Below are positions 1 through 8,997 of a stretch of 64,000 nucleotides of DNA, in pieces. The stretch spans positions 1,368 to 65,367 of the forward strand of contig JAYTVC010000045.1 in the NCBI GenBank assembly GCA_043744215.1. Reading direction: 5' to 3'. How positions within the stretch are numbered: position 1 is the first letter of the stretch; each line of letters opens with the position of its first letter. The position numbers and the translations under genes were made by a program. The notes below the pieces were generated by a model. The model was not told where the DNA came from and made no database searches. It saw nothing but the letters and a program-made list of their open reading frames with translations. Origin of the DNA: Pseudomonadota bacterium. Lineage in GTDB: Bacteria > Pseudomonadota > Gammaproteobacteria > Burkholderiales > JBEEJL01.

Positions 1-2
1 TG

Positions 3-581
3 ATTCACACCATGTATCGCATCGATAAGCAAGGCCTGGAACACATACCCGCCGAGGGCCCGGCGGTGATCGTGTGCAACCACATCAGTTTTGTTGATGC
101 GCTGATTATTGGCGGTGTGGTGAAGCGGCCGATACGCTTTGTGATGGACCATAATATTTTCAAAATTCCCGTGCTGAATTTTGTGTTCAAAACCAGTAAG
201 ACCATCCCCATCGCATCACGCAAGGAAGATCCGGAGATGCTTGAGCGTTCGTTTGTTGAAATTGACAAGGCGCTGAAAAATGGCGATTTGATCGGCATTT
301 TCCCCGAAGGCCGCCTCACCGATACGGGCGAGATGTATCCATTCAAGCCTGGCATCAGCCGCATTCTCGCCAATACGCCCGTACCGGTGATTCCGTTGGC
401 GTTGCGCGGATTATGGGGCAGCTTTTTTTCGCGCAAACACGGGCCCGCCATGACGCGGCCCTTCAAGCGCGGCATTTTATCGAAGATTGCTTTGGTGGGC
501 GGGCCAGCCGTACCAGCGATAGAAGCGACGCCGGAAAAATTGCAGGCAATTGTGACGGCTTTGCGCGGGGATTGGAAATAA
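3..581 (+). CDS. PlsC/LPLAT-family acyltransferase domain protein, 5' end cut by the window edge
   Basis: The frame is open to the window edge. It has the HX4D acyltransferase motif (NHISFVD) and an FPEGR block. Stop codon at 579-581. Confidence 0.75.
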   Translation: MHTMYRIDKQGLEHIPAEGPAVIVCNHISFVDALIIGGVVKRPIRFVMDHNIFKIPVLNFVFKTSKTIPIASRKEDPEMLERSFVEIDKALKNGDLIGIFPEGRLTDTGEMYPFKPGISRILANTPVPVIPLALRGLWGSFFSRKHGPAMTRPFKRGILSKIALVGGPAVPAIEATPEKLQAIVTALRGDWK

Positions 582-872
582 CCGTGCAATGTCCGATTCC
601 GCGCATCTACTCAGGTAACTTGATTGAACACTCATCGTCCTTCGGCGGCCCTGCCCGGCCGGTCTTCAACATCATGCTGCCGTAGCAATAGCATCGCTTC
701 ACATGCCGCCGGAGGTTGTGTCGAGCGTAGACGTGGCTCCTGAAGTCAACCACGCAAGGCCGCGCGCGTTAAGGGGGCGCAGGCTGGCTGGATAATTTGT
801 TACAGTCCGGAATATTGCCTGCGGTAAACTGTCTTACCGGCACCACCGGCACTTTGTAGAAAGGATGAACCC

Positions 873-1232
873 ATGAAACGCTTAATTTTATTGGGCAGTT
901 TATTGATGGCTGCCATGTTGGCCGGTTGCGCCACCACGCCGGCGCAAAAACCGCTGACCATTGAAGAAGTCGTCGTGATGACCAAGGCCAATACGCCACC
1001 AGAAGAAATCGTACGCAAAATGAAAGAGACCGGCACGATCTATCTGGTGAGCGCCACTGAACTAATCAAGCTGAACAAGGAAGGCGTCGATACCAAAGTG
1101 CTCGATTACATGCAGCAGACGGCGGTAGACCAGGCGCGGCGCGAAGAACGCACGCGCGGTTATGGCCCGTGGTATCCGTACCCATATCCTTATTACAGCC
1201 GCTTTCATAGCCCGTTCTGGCCCTACTGGTAA
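873..1232 (+). CDS. small lipoprotein, unknown function
   Basis: Signal peptide with lipobox (MKRLILLGSLLMAAMLAGC). AGGA lies upstream of the ATG. A terminator hairpin follows the gene. Confidence 0.75.
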   Translation: MKRLILLGSLLMAAMLAGCATTPAQKPLTIEEVVVMTKANTPPEEIVRKMKETGTIYLVSATELIKLNKEGVDTKVLDYMQQTAVDQARREERTRGYGPWYPYPYPYYSRFHSPFWPYW

Positions 1233-1259
1233 CCATACAATAAGCGGGCAAGGTTCGCC

Positions 1260-2360
1260 TCATTGAGGGCGCAGCGTGGCTGCGCCCTTTTTGTTTTCAC
1301 TATTCGTCATGGCTTCCAGGCTTGCATTGCGTTCGGCTTTGCCCTGCTTGGCCAAGGCTTTCACCGCTGCATAAAATTTTGGCAAATCGTTAGACTGGCT
1401 GGCGAGCAGCGCGCTGAACGCCGGCTCCTGTTGATTGTAAATACCAAACGCGGCGATCACGGCATTATTGGTTGAAGCGTTCATCCAACGATCGTAACCC
1501 GTGTAACCGCCCCACTCAATTTTTTTGCGCGCATAGTTTTCCAACAACTCGTTGAAAATTTCACGTTTACGTTCACGTTTTTTTTGCGCATCCATGGCTG
1601 AAGCATAAAGATTTTCCAGCTTAACGCGTGTTTCTATAACTAATTGATTATAAACAGTTTTTCTTGTTTGCGCGATAACTAAAGACGATTGCTTTGCGCC
1701 ATCGCCCTGTTGCACCAGCCAGCGCAGCACGCCTTCACGCTCAACCGTTGTCGCAAATGATTCATTGAACACACTGTCGTCTTTCACATACACGACTTGA
1801 TGCGCGAGCTCATGAAAAATCAAGCGCGCCAACTCGGGTTCGGGATAATGAATGAATGTGTTCAGCACCGGGTCGTCAAAATAGCCAAGCGTGGAATACG
1901 CCGGCACGCTGCCGACAAACACATCAAAGCCGTTTTCGCGTTGCATGGTGGCAAAAGCCTCAGCATCCGCTTCGGCAAAATACCCTTTGTAATTCACGCA
2001 ACCGGCCACCGGAAAACACCATTCGCGCGGCTTGAGTGAAAGCTCGTCCGTCGCAAAAACATTCCACACCACGAAAGGCCGTTGCAAATCCGCATAGCCG
2101 CGATAGCTCTGGTTGTCGGGCAAACCCAGTTCGCGGCTGGCAAAATCGCGGATACGCATGACCGCTTCGAGTTTTTGTTTCAACTCGGGGGACGTTGCGG
2201 GGTCGGCCAGCACAGCCGTAATAGGGCGCCGCTTGTTGATGATTTCCATCTGGCCGCTGGCTGATTGCGTGTAATAGCGCAACTGCGAACAGCCGACGGA
2301 AAATAAAATCGCCGCCACTAACGTCGTTGCGAAAAACAATTTAATGAATTGCTTGCTCAT
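1260..2360 (-). CDS. predicted zinc aminopeptidase (DUF2265-like), lipoprotein
   Basis: N-terminal hydrophobic segment with lipobox-like SVGC. HExxH motif (FHELAHQ). 366 aa. Confidence 0.7.
   Translation of the reverse strand: MSKQFIKLFFATTLVAAILFSVGCSQLRYYTQSASGQMEIINKRRPITAVLADPATSPELKQKLEAVMRIRDFASRELGLPDNQSYRGYADLQRPFVVWNVFATDELSLKPREWCFPVAGCVNYKGYFAEADAEAFATMQRENGFDVFVGSVPAYSTLGYFDDPVLNTFIHYPEPELARLIFHELAHQVVYVKDDSVFNESFATTVEREGVLRWLVQQGDGAKQSSLVIAQTRKTVYNQLVIETRVKLENLYASAMDAQKKRERKREIFNELLENYARKKIEWGGYTGYDRWMNASTNNAVIAAFGIYNQQEPAFSALLASQSNDLPKFYAAVKALAKQGKAERNASLEAMTNSENKKGAATLRPQ
1267..1297 (+). terminator. Rho-independent terminator of the lipoprotein gene
   Basis: GGGCGCAG (1267-1274) pairs with CTGCGCCC (1280-1287) across a 5-nt loop, followed by TTTTTGTTTT. 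It overlaps the 3' end of the convergent aminopeptidase ORF. Confidence 0.7.
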
Positions 2361-2368
2361 TAATTTGT

Positions 2369-2995
2369 TCAGCGCTTGAACTGCCCGGTGCGCAAAAAAC
2401 TTTCCTGCTGCTCCATCACCGATTTTGAAAACAGCATTTCCGTATGTGTCACCGGCAACACGATGTGATCACGCATGCCGGGTACGCGCGTTTCTGCAAC
2501 TGCAATAGTGCCGTCGTTGGGAACCGGCACGCCGGGCGCGACCACGCGCCCGAGGCCGATGGAGTGTTCACCCGCGATCACGCCGATTTCAATATTCGGC
2601 GACGGCACAATTGTCTTCTGCTTGAGCCATTGGCTCATGCCGGGGCCGATAATCATATGTCCAATGGCATTTTGCTCCAGCGCAGTCGGCACATATGCCT
2701 GCTTGTAAGGCACACCCGCCAGCACCACCCGCTTGATGCGCACGTCGGGAAACTCATGCAAGGTTTGCAACGCCAGCAAACCACCCAGGCTGTGTCCCAC
2801 AAAATGGATCTGTTCTGCGTCGATGCTATTGAGCAGCCCCGCCAACTCCTGCGCGTTGTGCGACAGCGATTGGGTCAGCGACGCATAACTGAACCCGTGC
2901 GCCTCAAACCCTGTATCGCGCAAATGCCGCTCCCACAGCACCGTGCTTACCGCGTGCAGATAAAGTCCGTGAATAAGAATGACAGCTTGTTTCAT
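2369..2995 (-). CDS. alpha/beta-fold hydrolase (lipase/esterase-like)
   Basis: Nucleophile elbow GHSLGG, N-terminal ILIHG oxyanion-type block, 208 aa. Confidence 0.75.
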   Translation of the reverse strand: MKQAVILIHGLYLHAVSTVLWERHLRDTGFEAHGFSYASLTQSLSHNAQELAGLLNSIDAEQIHFVGHSLGGLLALQTLHEFPDVRIKRVVLAGVPYKQAYVPTALEQNAIGHMIIGPGMSQWLKQKTIVPSPNIEIGVIAGEHSIGLGRVVAPGVPVPNDGTIAVAETRVPGMRDHIVLPVTHTEMLFSKSVMEQQESFLRTGQFKR

Positions 2996-3230
2996 AGGGG
3001 TATATTTTAACTTTTATTTGCTTGTAGCGGGCACTGGTTGCGTCGTCAGTGAAATGCGCATCATGAAACCAAAACTCGTGGACAAACCGTAGAAGCGCAG
3101 TAGAGGCGCAGGAAATGCAAAGCGACAGCGTGCCCATCACCAAAACAAAAAATCATTTCAACAATACGTTTCTTGAATTGTTTTGAAGTTGCTTTTGTCA
3201 TCGCCTTTGACCTTGCCCCCCCATCTGCGC

Positions 3231-3361
3231 CGACGAAATTTCGCTGGGCAAGCGGGGGTAGTCGGCGAGCAATGTTTGAGCCACACGCAGTTTCAGTTTT
3301 GAAATGAAGTCCAAGGTGAGTTTTGCTCGACCGCCCGCTTACCCAGTGCAATTTCGGCGAC
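3231..3361. repeat. long imperfect inverted repeat (about 37-40 nt arms, about 54-nt loop)
   Basis: Arm 1 at 3231-3270 is CGACGAAATTTCGCTGGGCAAGCGGGGGTAGTCGGCGAGC. The reverse complement of arm 2 at 3325-3361 is GTCGCCGAAATTGCACTGGGTAAGCGGGCGGTCGAGC. Most positions pair when aligned by hand. Confidence 0.7.
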
Positions 3362-3446
3362 AACTAAAACAACAAAACAAAAAGCAGCGCGGCTGGGCGT
3401 CGCCTTTCATTGGTTGCTTTTTTGGCGAAGCAAAAAAGTGAATGAA

Positions 3447-3607
3447 GCCGGGGGGCACCGTTCCTCGGGACACGGAGAGCAGGGGCGGGAACGGTGCCCG
3501 GTGTGGACGCATGACAAAACTATAACGGTGCCCCGGTGGCGGCTCCCGCAAACGGCACCGATTAAAATTAAAAGCGCGAGTAACGGGTCGCGGCCACCAC
3601 CCCCGGC
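3447..3607. ncRNA. candidate structured RNA domain, family unknown
   Basis: Closing helix GCCGGGG (3447-3453) pairs with CCCCGGC (3601-3607). Perfect 12-bp hairpin GGGCACCGTTCC (3453-3464) with GGAACGGTGCCC (3488-3499). 7-bp hairpin CGGTGCC (3526-3532) with GGCACCG (3554-3560). A-rich linkers separate the helices and there is no credible ORF. Confidence 0.35.
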
Positions 3608-3786
3608 AATGTATTGAAGGCCGCTGAAGCTCAAAGCTCCGCGTCAGGTAACGGCGCAAAAAACCGCGCCACAACCTGGCCTACAAAGGCTGCCCTACCG
3701 GGTAACGAGTCGCGGCTTGCCCCTTCTCTTGAAGGGTATAGCATCTCTTGCTTCTATTTTCACCGCGCTGAACATTGCAATGACAA

Positions 3787-6700
3787 CTAGCCCTGCAAAC
3801 TCTCCCACATTTTTTCCAAGCGCTTCCCACTCACCGGCATCGGCGTTTTCAATTCCTGCGCGAATAACGAAATGCGCAACTCTTCAATCATCCAGCGGAA
3901 TTCATCGAGGCGTTCATCTTGAATGCCGGCCTTGCGGTTTTTGTCTGCGCGTTCTTCATAGCGCTTGCACAGGCCGTTGATGGCAGGTGCATGTTTTGCA
4001 TCGCGTTCAGGATTGGCTGTGTATTTTTCCCAACGCATTATGATGCCTTTAAGATAACGCGGCAGATGTTGTAGGCGTTCCCATGGCGTGGCGCTGAAAC
4101 AGCCTTTATAAACCAGCCGTCCCAATTGCGCGCGGCAGTCGGCGGACAACTTTGCCTGCGCGGTCGAGGTATGGTTCAATTTGGCGGACACGGCAAAATA
4201 TTCCCGCGCAATGTCGTCAGCCATGCGCAACAAGCCAGTCGATACGGCGGGCAAGCGTGCCCGCGCGCGCTGCTTGAGTTCATTGAATTGCTTTTCACTC
4301 CGAGGCAAATCATCATCGCCGAAAAACGCCCGGTCGATGATGGCGTTCATCAAGTCTTCTTTCAACGCGTCAGGCGAAATCGTGCTGCGTAATTGAATGG
4401 CAAGCTGGTTAAGATTGCCTAACGTTTTGTCGAGCTGCTTCATCTGTTCTTTGAGTTCGAAGCGCATCAGACGCGCGACGCCGGCCCGCATGGCGTGATC
4501 GGCGGTGCTGCGCGAATCAAATAATTTAATCGATGCCGCATCGCTTTCATCTACCAGCGCGGGGAAGCCGGTGAGTTTTTGCCCGTTACGGGTAAAGTGA
4601 ATTTCCTGCGGCAGGTCGCCGAAATCCCACGCCTTCAGGTTATCGCGTTCGATGCCCGCATCGGTTTTACCAAAGGTAAGCTGTGCCACCTGGCCCAATT
4701 GCGCGCGTAATACTGCAAGATCGCGGCCCATCGCCAGTTCTTTACCGGTATCGTCGGTGATTTTGAAATTCATTTGTAAATGCAGCGGCGGCGTTTCACC
4801 GTCCCATGCATCAGTAGGCACCGCAACGCCCGTTTCCTTGTTTATACATTCACGCAGCGCATTGAGCATCGACTGCTGGCCGATTTTTGTTCGCTCTAAA
4901 AATTTGGTAACAAAATCCGGCACCGGCACCACCACGCGGCGAATGGTTTTCGGCAAGGCTTTGAGATACCACGCGAGCTTTTCGCGCAACAAGCCCGGCA
5001 CTAGCCATTCACATTGTAATATATTGATTTGATTCAATAAATGCAAGGGCGCGCTGACGGTAACCCCATCAAGCATATGACCAGGTTCGAAGCGATAGGT
5101 GAGCGCCAGTTTTACATTTCCCAACGGCATCGCATCGGGAAATTGTTCTTCGGTGATGTGCGAAGCGGCGTGGCGCATTAAATAATCGCGCGTTAAAAAT
5201 AAAATTTTTGCGTCTTTTAATTCTGCGTCTTTGCGCCATGCTTCGAAACCTGCGCCGTTGACAATTTCTTTCGGAATTATTTCGGCGTAGAAATTGAATA
5301 TCACTTCGTCATCCACCAACACGTCTTGTCGCCGCGCTTTGTGTTCCAATTCTTCGACTTCGGCGATGAGTTGGCGGTTGTGCGCAAAGAAACCTGCGCG
5401 GGTGTCAAATTCGCCTGACACCAAAGCCTGGCGGATAAAAATCTGCCTGGCTTCTTCGGGGTTCACCACGCCGTAATTGACGCGGCGCTTGGGGTTGATG
5501 GTGAGACCATACAAGGTCACGCGCTCATAGGCGGAAACCTGTGCCAAAGATTTTTCCCAGTGCGGATCAAAATAATGTCGTTTCACCAAATGGCCGGCAG
5601 CGGCTTCGATCCACTCCGGTTCAATCTTTGCCACGGTGCGCGCATACAAACGATTCGTCTCCTGTAATTCTGCCGCAATAATCCATTTGGGTTTTTGTTT
5701 GCGCAGGCCTGAACCGGACGATACGACAAACTTGATTTCACGCGCGCCCAGATACAGTTCGCCTTCAATGTCGCGGCAGCCGATGTTGCCCAGCAAGCCC
5801 GCGAGTAACGCGCGGTGAATCTGTTCGAAGTTGGCCGGCTTCTCATTCAGGCGCATACCCATCTCGGCCAGTTGAGCATGCAATTGCGAATGGATTTCAC
5901 GCCACTCGCGCATACGGAAATGCGACAGGAAATTTTCGTGGCACAGTTCAATCAATTTGCGATTGGATTTTTTATGTTCCAGCGCGTCTTCAAAAAAAGA
6001 CCATATCTTTAACAAGCCCGCGAAGTCGGATTTTTCGTCCTGGAATTTTTCGTGAGCACGGTTCGCCGCGTCCTGTTTATCCAGCGGCCGCTCGCGGGGA
6101 TCCTGCACCGACAGCGCGGCGGTGATGATGAGCATTTCATTCAAACATTGTTGCTCGCGCGCTGCGAGTAACATGCGCCCCACGCGCGGGTCGATGGGCA
6201 GGCGCGCGAGTTCCTTTCCCAGTGGCGTGAGTTGACGTTGTTCATCGACCGCGTTCAGTTCTGCGAGCAATTGATAGCCGTCGGTAATCGCTCGGGAACT
6301 GGGCGCGTCGATGAACGGAAAATCTTCCACATCGCCCAGCTTGAGTGAGGCCATTTTCAAAATCACGGCGGCCAAAGATGTGCGCAACACTTCCGGCGGC
6401 GTAAAAGCATCGCGGGTATTGAAATCATTTTCGTCATACAAACGAATCGCCACGCCGTCGGCTACACGGCCACAACGGCCCGCCCGCTGCTTGGCTGAAG
6501 CTTGCGAAATATTTTCCACTTGCAGCATATCCACTTTGTTGCGCACGCTATAACGCAATAAACGCGCAAGACCAGTATCAACAACGTAACGAATGCCGGG
6601 CACGGTGAGCGAAGTCTCGGCAACGTTAGTTGCCAGGATAATCCTGCGTGGCCCGCCAGATTTGAACACGCGGTCTTGCTCCGCTGCACTGAGCCGCGCG

Positions 6701-7677
6701 AATAGCGGCAATACTTCGACACCGGGTGGATGATGTTTGCGCAACGCTTCCGCTGCTTCGCGTATCTCGCGCTCGCCGGGGAGAAACACCAGTACATCGC
6801 CGCTATTGCCCAACACCCACAATTCATCGACGGCAGCGAGAATGGCGCTATTGATATCGCCGTCATCCTCTTCGTTTTTTTTCTCCAGCGGCTTGTAGCG
6901 AATTTCTACGGGATACAAACGGCCCGATACTTCGATCACCGGCGCGCCATCAAAATGTTTGGAAAACCGATCGGCGTCAATCGTGGCCGATGTGATAACG
7001 ATCTTCAAATCTTTTCTGCGGGACAATAATTGTTTTACGTAACCGAGCAGGAAATCAATATTCAAACTCCGCTCGTGCGCCTCGTCGATGATGAGCGTGT
7101 CGTAAGCGGCAAGGTCGCGGTCGCTGTGAGTCTCGGCCAGCAGAATGCCGTCGGTCATTACTTTAATATACGAATTGGCGTGGGTCTTGTCGGTAAAGCG
7201 GACTTTGTAACCGACGTGCTGGCCCAATTCGCTTTTTAGTTCGTGCGACAAGCGTGACGCCACACTGCGCGCGGCAATGCGGCGCGGCTGCGTGCAACCT
7301 ATAAAGCCCGCCGTACCGCGCCCTAATTGCAGACAAATTTTCGGAATCTGCGTCGTCTTTCCCGAGCCGGTTTCGCCGCAAACAATCGTCACCTGATTTT
7401 TGCTGATGGCATCGGCGATGCGCTGTTTTTGTTCGTTAATCGGCAGTGCCAAATCAAAATCGGGATGTGGCGCATGTTGCATGCGTAATTTTCGACGCTC
7501 AACCGATTGCGCAATTTGCGCAGATAAACGCGCCAGCTGCGATTCATTCGGCGGTTTGCCTGCGCGAAGCAACGCGTCGAGACGACGATATTCCGCCGTA
7601 AGCTTGCGCGTATCGGCACTCATGGTTTGCGACAACGACTGACTAAGAGTTGCGAGGAGGTTTTTCATGACGCGCAC
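3787..7677 (-). CDS. hrpA: ATP-dependent RNA helicase HrpA (DEAH-box)
   Basis: Walker A GETGSGKTTQ, DEAH box (IIDEAHERS), 1296 aa as expected for HrpA. Confidence 0.95.
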   Translation of the reverse strand: MRVMKNLLATLSQSLSQTMSADTRKLTAEYRRLDALLRAGKPPNESQLARLSAQIAQSVERRKLRMQHAPHPDFDLALPINEQKQRIADAISKNQVTIVCGETGSGKTTQIPKICLQLGRGTAGFIGCTQPRRIAARSVASRLSHELKSELGQHVGYKVRFTDKTHANSYIKVMTDGILLAETHSDRDLAAYDTLIIDEAHERSLNIDFLLGYVKQLLSRRKDLKIVITSATIDADRFSKHFDGAPVIEVSGRLYPVEIRYKPLEKKNEEDDGDINSAILAAVDELWVLGNSGDVLVFLPGEREIREAAEALRKHHPPGVEVLPLFARLSAAEQDRVFKSGGPRRIILATNVAETSLTVPGIRYVVDTGLARLLRYSVRNKVDMLQVENISQASAKQRAGRCGRVADGVAIRLYDENDFNTRDAFTPPEVLRTSLAAVILKMASLKLGDVEDFPFIDAPSSRAITDGYQLLAELNAVDEQRQLTPLGKELARLPIDPRVGRMLLAAREQQCLNEMLIITAALSVQDPRERPLDKQDAANRAHEKFQDEKSDFAGLLKIWSFFEDALEHKKSNRKLIELCHENFLSHFRMREWREIHSQLHAQLAEMGMRLNEKPANFEQIHRALLAGLLGNIGCRDIEGELYLGAREIKFVVSSGSGLRKQKPKWIIAAELQETNRLYARTVAKIEPEWIEAAAGHLVKRHYFDPHWEKSLAQVSAYERVTLYGLTINPKRRVNYGVVNPEEARQIFIRQALVSGEFDTRAGFFAHNRQLIAEVEELEHKARRQDVLVDDEVIFNFYAEIIPKEIVNGAGFEAWRKDAELKDAKILFLTRDYLMRHAASHITEEQFPDAMPLGNVKLALTYRFEPGHMLDGVTVSAPLHLLNQINILQCEWLVPGLLREKLAWYLKALPKTIRRVVVPVPDFVTKFLERTKIGQQSMLNALRECINKETGVAVPTDAWDGETPPLHLQMNFKITDDTGKELAMGRDLAVLRAQLGQVAQLTFGKTDAGIERDNLKAWDFGDLPQEIHFTRNGQKLTGFPALVDESDAASIKLFDSRSTADHAMRAGVARLMRFELKEQMKQLDKTLGNLNQLAIQLRSTISPDALKEDLMNAIIDRAFFGDDDLPRSEKQFNELKQRARARLPAVSTGLLRMADDIAREYFAVSAKLNHTSTAQAKLSADCRAQLGRLVYKGCFSATPWERLQHLPRYLKGIIMRWEKYTANPERDAKHAPAINGLCKRYEERADKNRKAGIQDERLDEFRWMIEELRISLFAQELKTPMPVSGKRLEKMWESLQG

Positions 7678-7698
7678 TTTGATCGTGCGCTATTTTAC

Positions 7699-8997
7699 CT
7701 AAGCAAGCACGGCTCGCGTATTTTGCTTTTTTATTTTTGCTTGATGCGTCCCTTCGTCTTCGAGCAACGTTAGCAATAAACCGGTGGCCACGGCGTAAAA
7801 ACTTGCCGTCACTTTCCAGAAAAGCACAACATCGGAAAGCCCGGCGACGATCCAACCAACCATCCAGAGAATTACTATAACATATTGATTATATTGATTA
7901 TATTGAATTATTTTACCTCTTCTCAACACGACTACTAGCGGAACGCCATACAACAACACAAACGCGATCATGCCGCCGATGCCATGCTCGGTGGCAAACA
8001 ACAAAAATTCATTATGCGGATGGACATGCGGCGGCATGAATGCGGGCGCGTCGCCAACATCCTGCGCCTGTTTCAATTGCATACCGAAACGCCCTTCACC
8101 GATTCCAAGCAACGGATGATGCTTGAGCATCGTGCCTGCCTGTCGCCAGAGTTCAAGGCGATCGCCTACCGAACTGGTTTCAAATTTTTGCCCGTTAATA
8201 TAGTGGGCAACTTCGCTTGCGGCCAATTGCAGGCGGGATTGAACGGCTGGCAGCGCGAAATACATCGCGGAGAAAAAAATCATCATGCTCGCAAGAATCA
8301 GACGCTTGTGCCTCTTGTTGAGCGAAGCGTTCAGCGCAAGCCAGGCAAAGGCCAACGCCACCACCAGCGCCCATGCCGCGCGCGTTTCCGACTTTACTGC
8401 CGCCGCGATGGCTGCCATCCACAGCATGACGCTGACGAACAAAGCGAGCTTGGGTTTATCCCAGGCAACGGCGGCTTGTTGGGCTATCGCGGTAAAAATA
8501 ATCGCAAAACTGGTGAGCGGAATCAACGCCAAATGCCAATCGGGTATGCCGCCCCTGCCGCCGTATTGCGCAACACTCCACAACATCAGGCCTGACGCCA
8601 GCGCCGCAGCGCCAATACAACCTTGCAAAAAATATTTTGCCGCAATATGACGCTGCCGCGCCGCGAGATAAACAGGTATGCCGAGCAAAAACTGTGCAGG
8701 CCGATTGAAGTCGTTGCTTTCCAGACCCATGCCGCCGGCGAGTTGAAGCAAGGTAAGCAGCAAAGGCAGACTCAACGCCATTAGCCACCCCTTACCCGGC
8801 TTCAAAAGCGGGCGTCTATTGCCAGGCTGCCACAACAATACGCACGCCAAAACGATTAAACCCATCAACACAACATCATTGAAACGCTTGTGGGCGATGA
8901 ACGAAATGGGATACAAAAAACAGGCGATAGCAAACCAGTTCGCTGCGCGCGAATGGGTTTCGGTTTTTACCTCTTTACTTGCCATGAAGTTGTCCAA
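7699..8997 (-). CDS. O-antigen ligase (Wzy_C/WaaL) family membrane protein
   Basis: Many hydrophobic segments. Conserved ligase-type loop (HVHPHNEFLLFATEHGIGG). 432 aa. Confidence 0.75.
   Translation of the reverse strand: MDNFMASKEVKTETHSRAANWFAIACFLYPISFIAHKRFNDVVLMGLIVLACVLLWQPGNRRPLLKPGKGWLMALSLPLLLTLLQLAGGMGLESNDFNRPAQFLLGIPVYLAARQRHIAAKYFLQGCIGAAALASGLMLWSVAQYGGRGGIPDWHLALIPLTSFAIIFTAIAQQAAVAWDKPKLALFVSVMLWMAAIAAAVKSETRAAWALVVALAFAWLALNASLNKRHKRLILASMMIFFSAMYFALPAVQSRLQLAASEVAHYINGQKFETSSVGDRLELWRQAGTMLKHHPLLGIGEGRFGMQLKQAQDVGDAPAFMPPHVHPHNEFLLFATEHGIGGMIAFVLLYGVPLVVVLRRGKIIQYNQYNQYVIVILWMVGWIVAGLSDVVLFWKVTASFYAVATGLLLTLLEDEGTHQAKIKKQNTRAVLA
7883..7909. repeat. 9-bp tandem repeat x3 (ATATTGATT / ATATTGATT / ATATTGAAT), in-frame inside the ligase-family gene
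   Basis: Read directly from the sequence. It encodes the QYNQYNQY segment on the minus strand. Confidence 0.85.

Noticed and set aside
3061-3201. A 46-aa minus-strand ORF (MTKATSKQFKKRIVEMIFCFGDGHAVALHFLRLYCASTVCPRVLVS), considered as a possible type I toxin-like peptide downstream of the structured region.
   Set aside because: It has no clean transmembrane helix, its SD spacing is poor, and it shows no recognisable family features. The evidence is insufficient to call a gene.
3200-3720. The structured hrpA-downstream spacer might be RNase P RNA, tmRNA, 6S or SRP RNA, or a known riboswitch (cobalamin, c-di-GMP-I, ZTP, glycine, ykkC, yybP-ykoY).
   Set aside because: The hallmark sequences are absent on both strands. 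These include GGAAAGUCCGG and ACAGAA..GGCUUA for RNase P, a tag ORF ending in ALAA for tmRNA, the SRP GGAA loop, and the B12 box. The GGGGGUAGUC...CUCGACC resemblance to yybP-ykoY lacks the UUGACAUA element and has no suitable downstream gene. The region is therefore left as an unknown.
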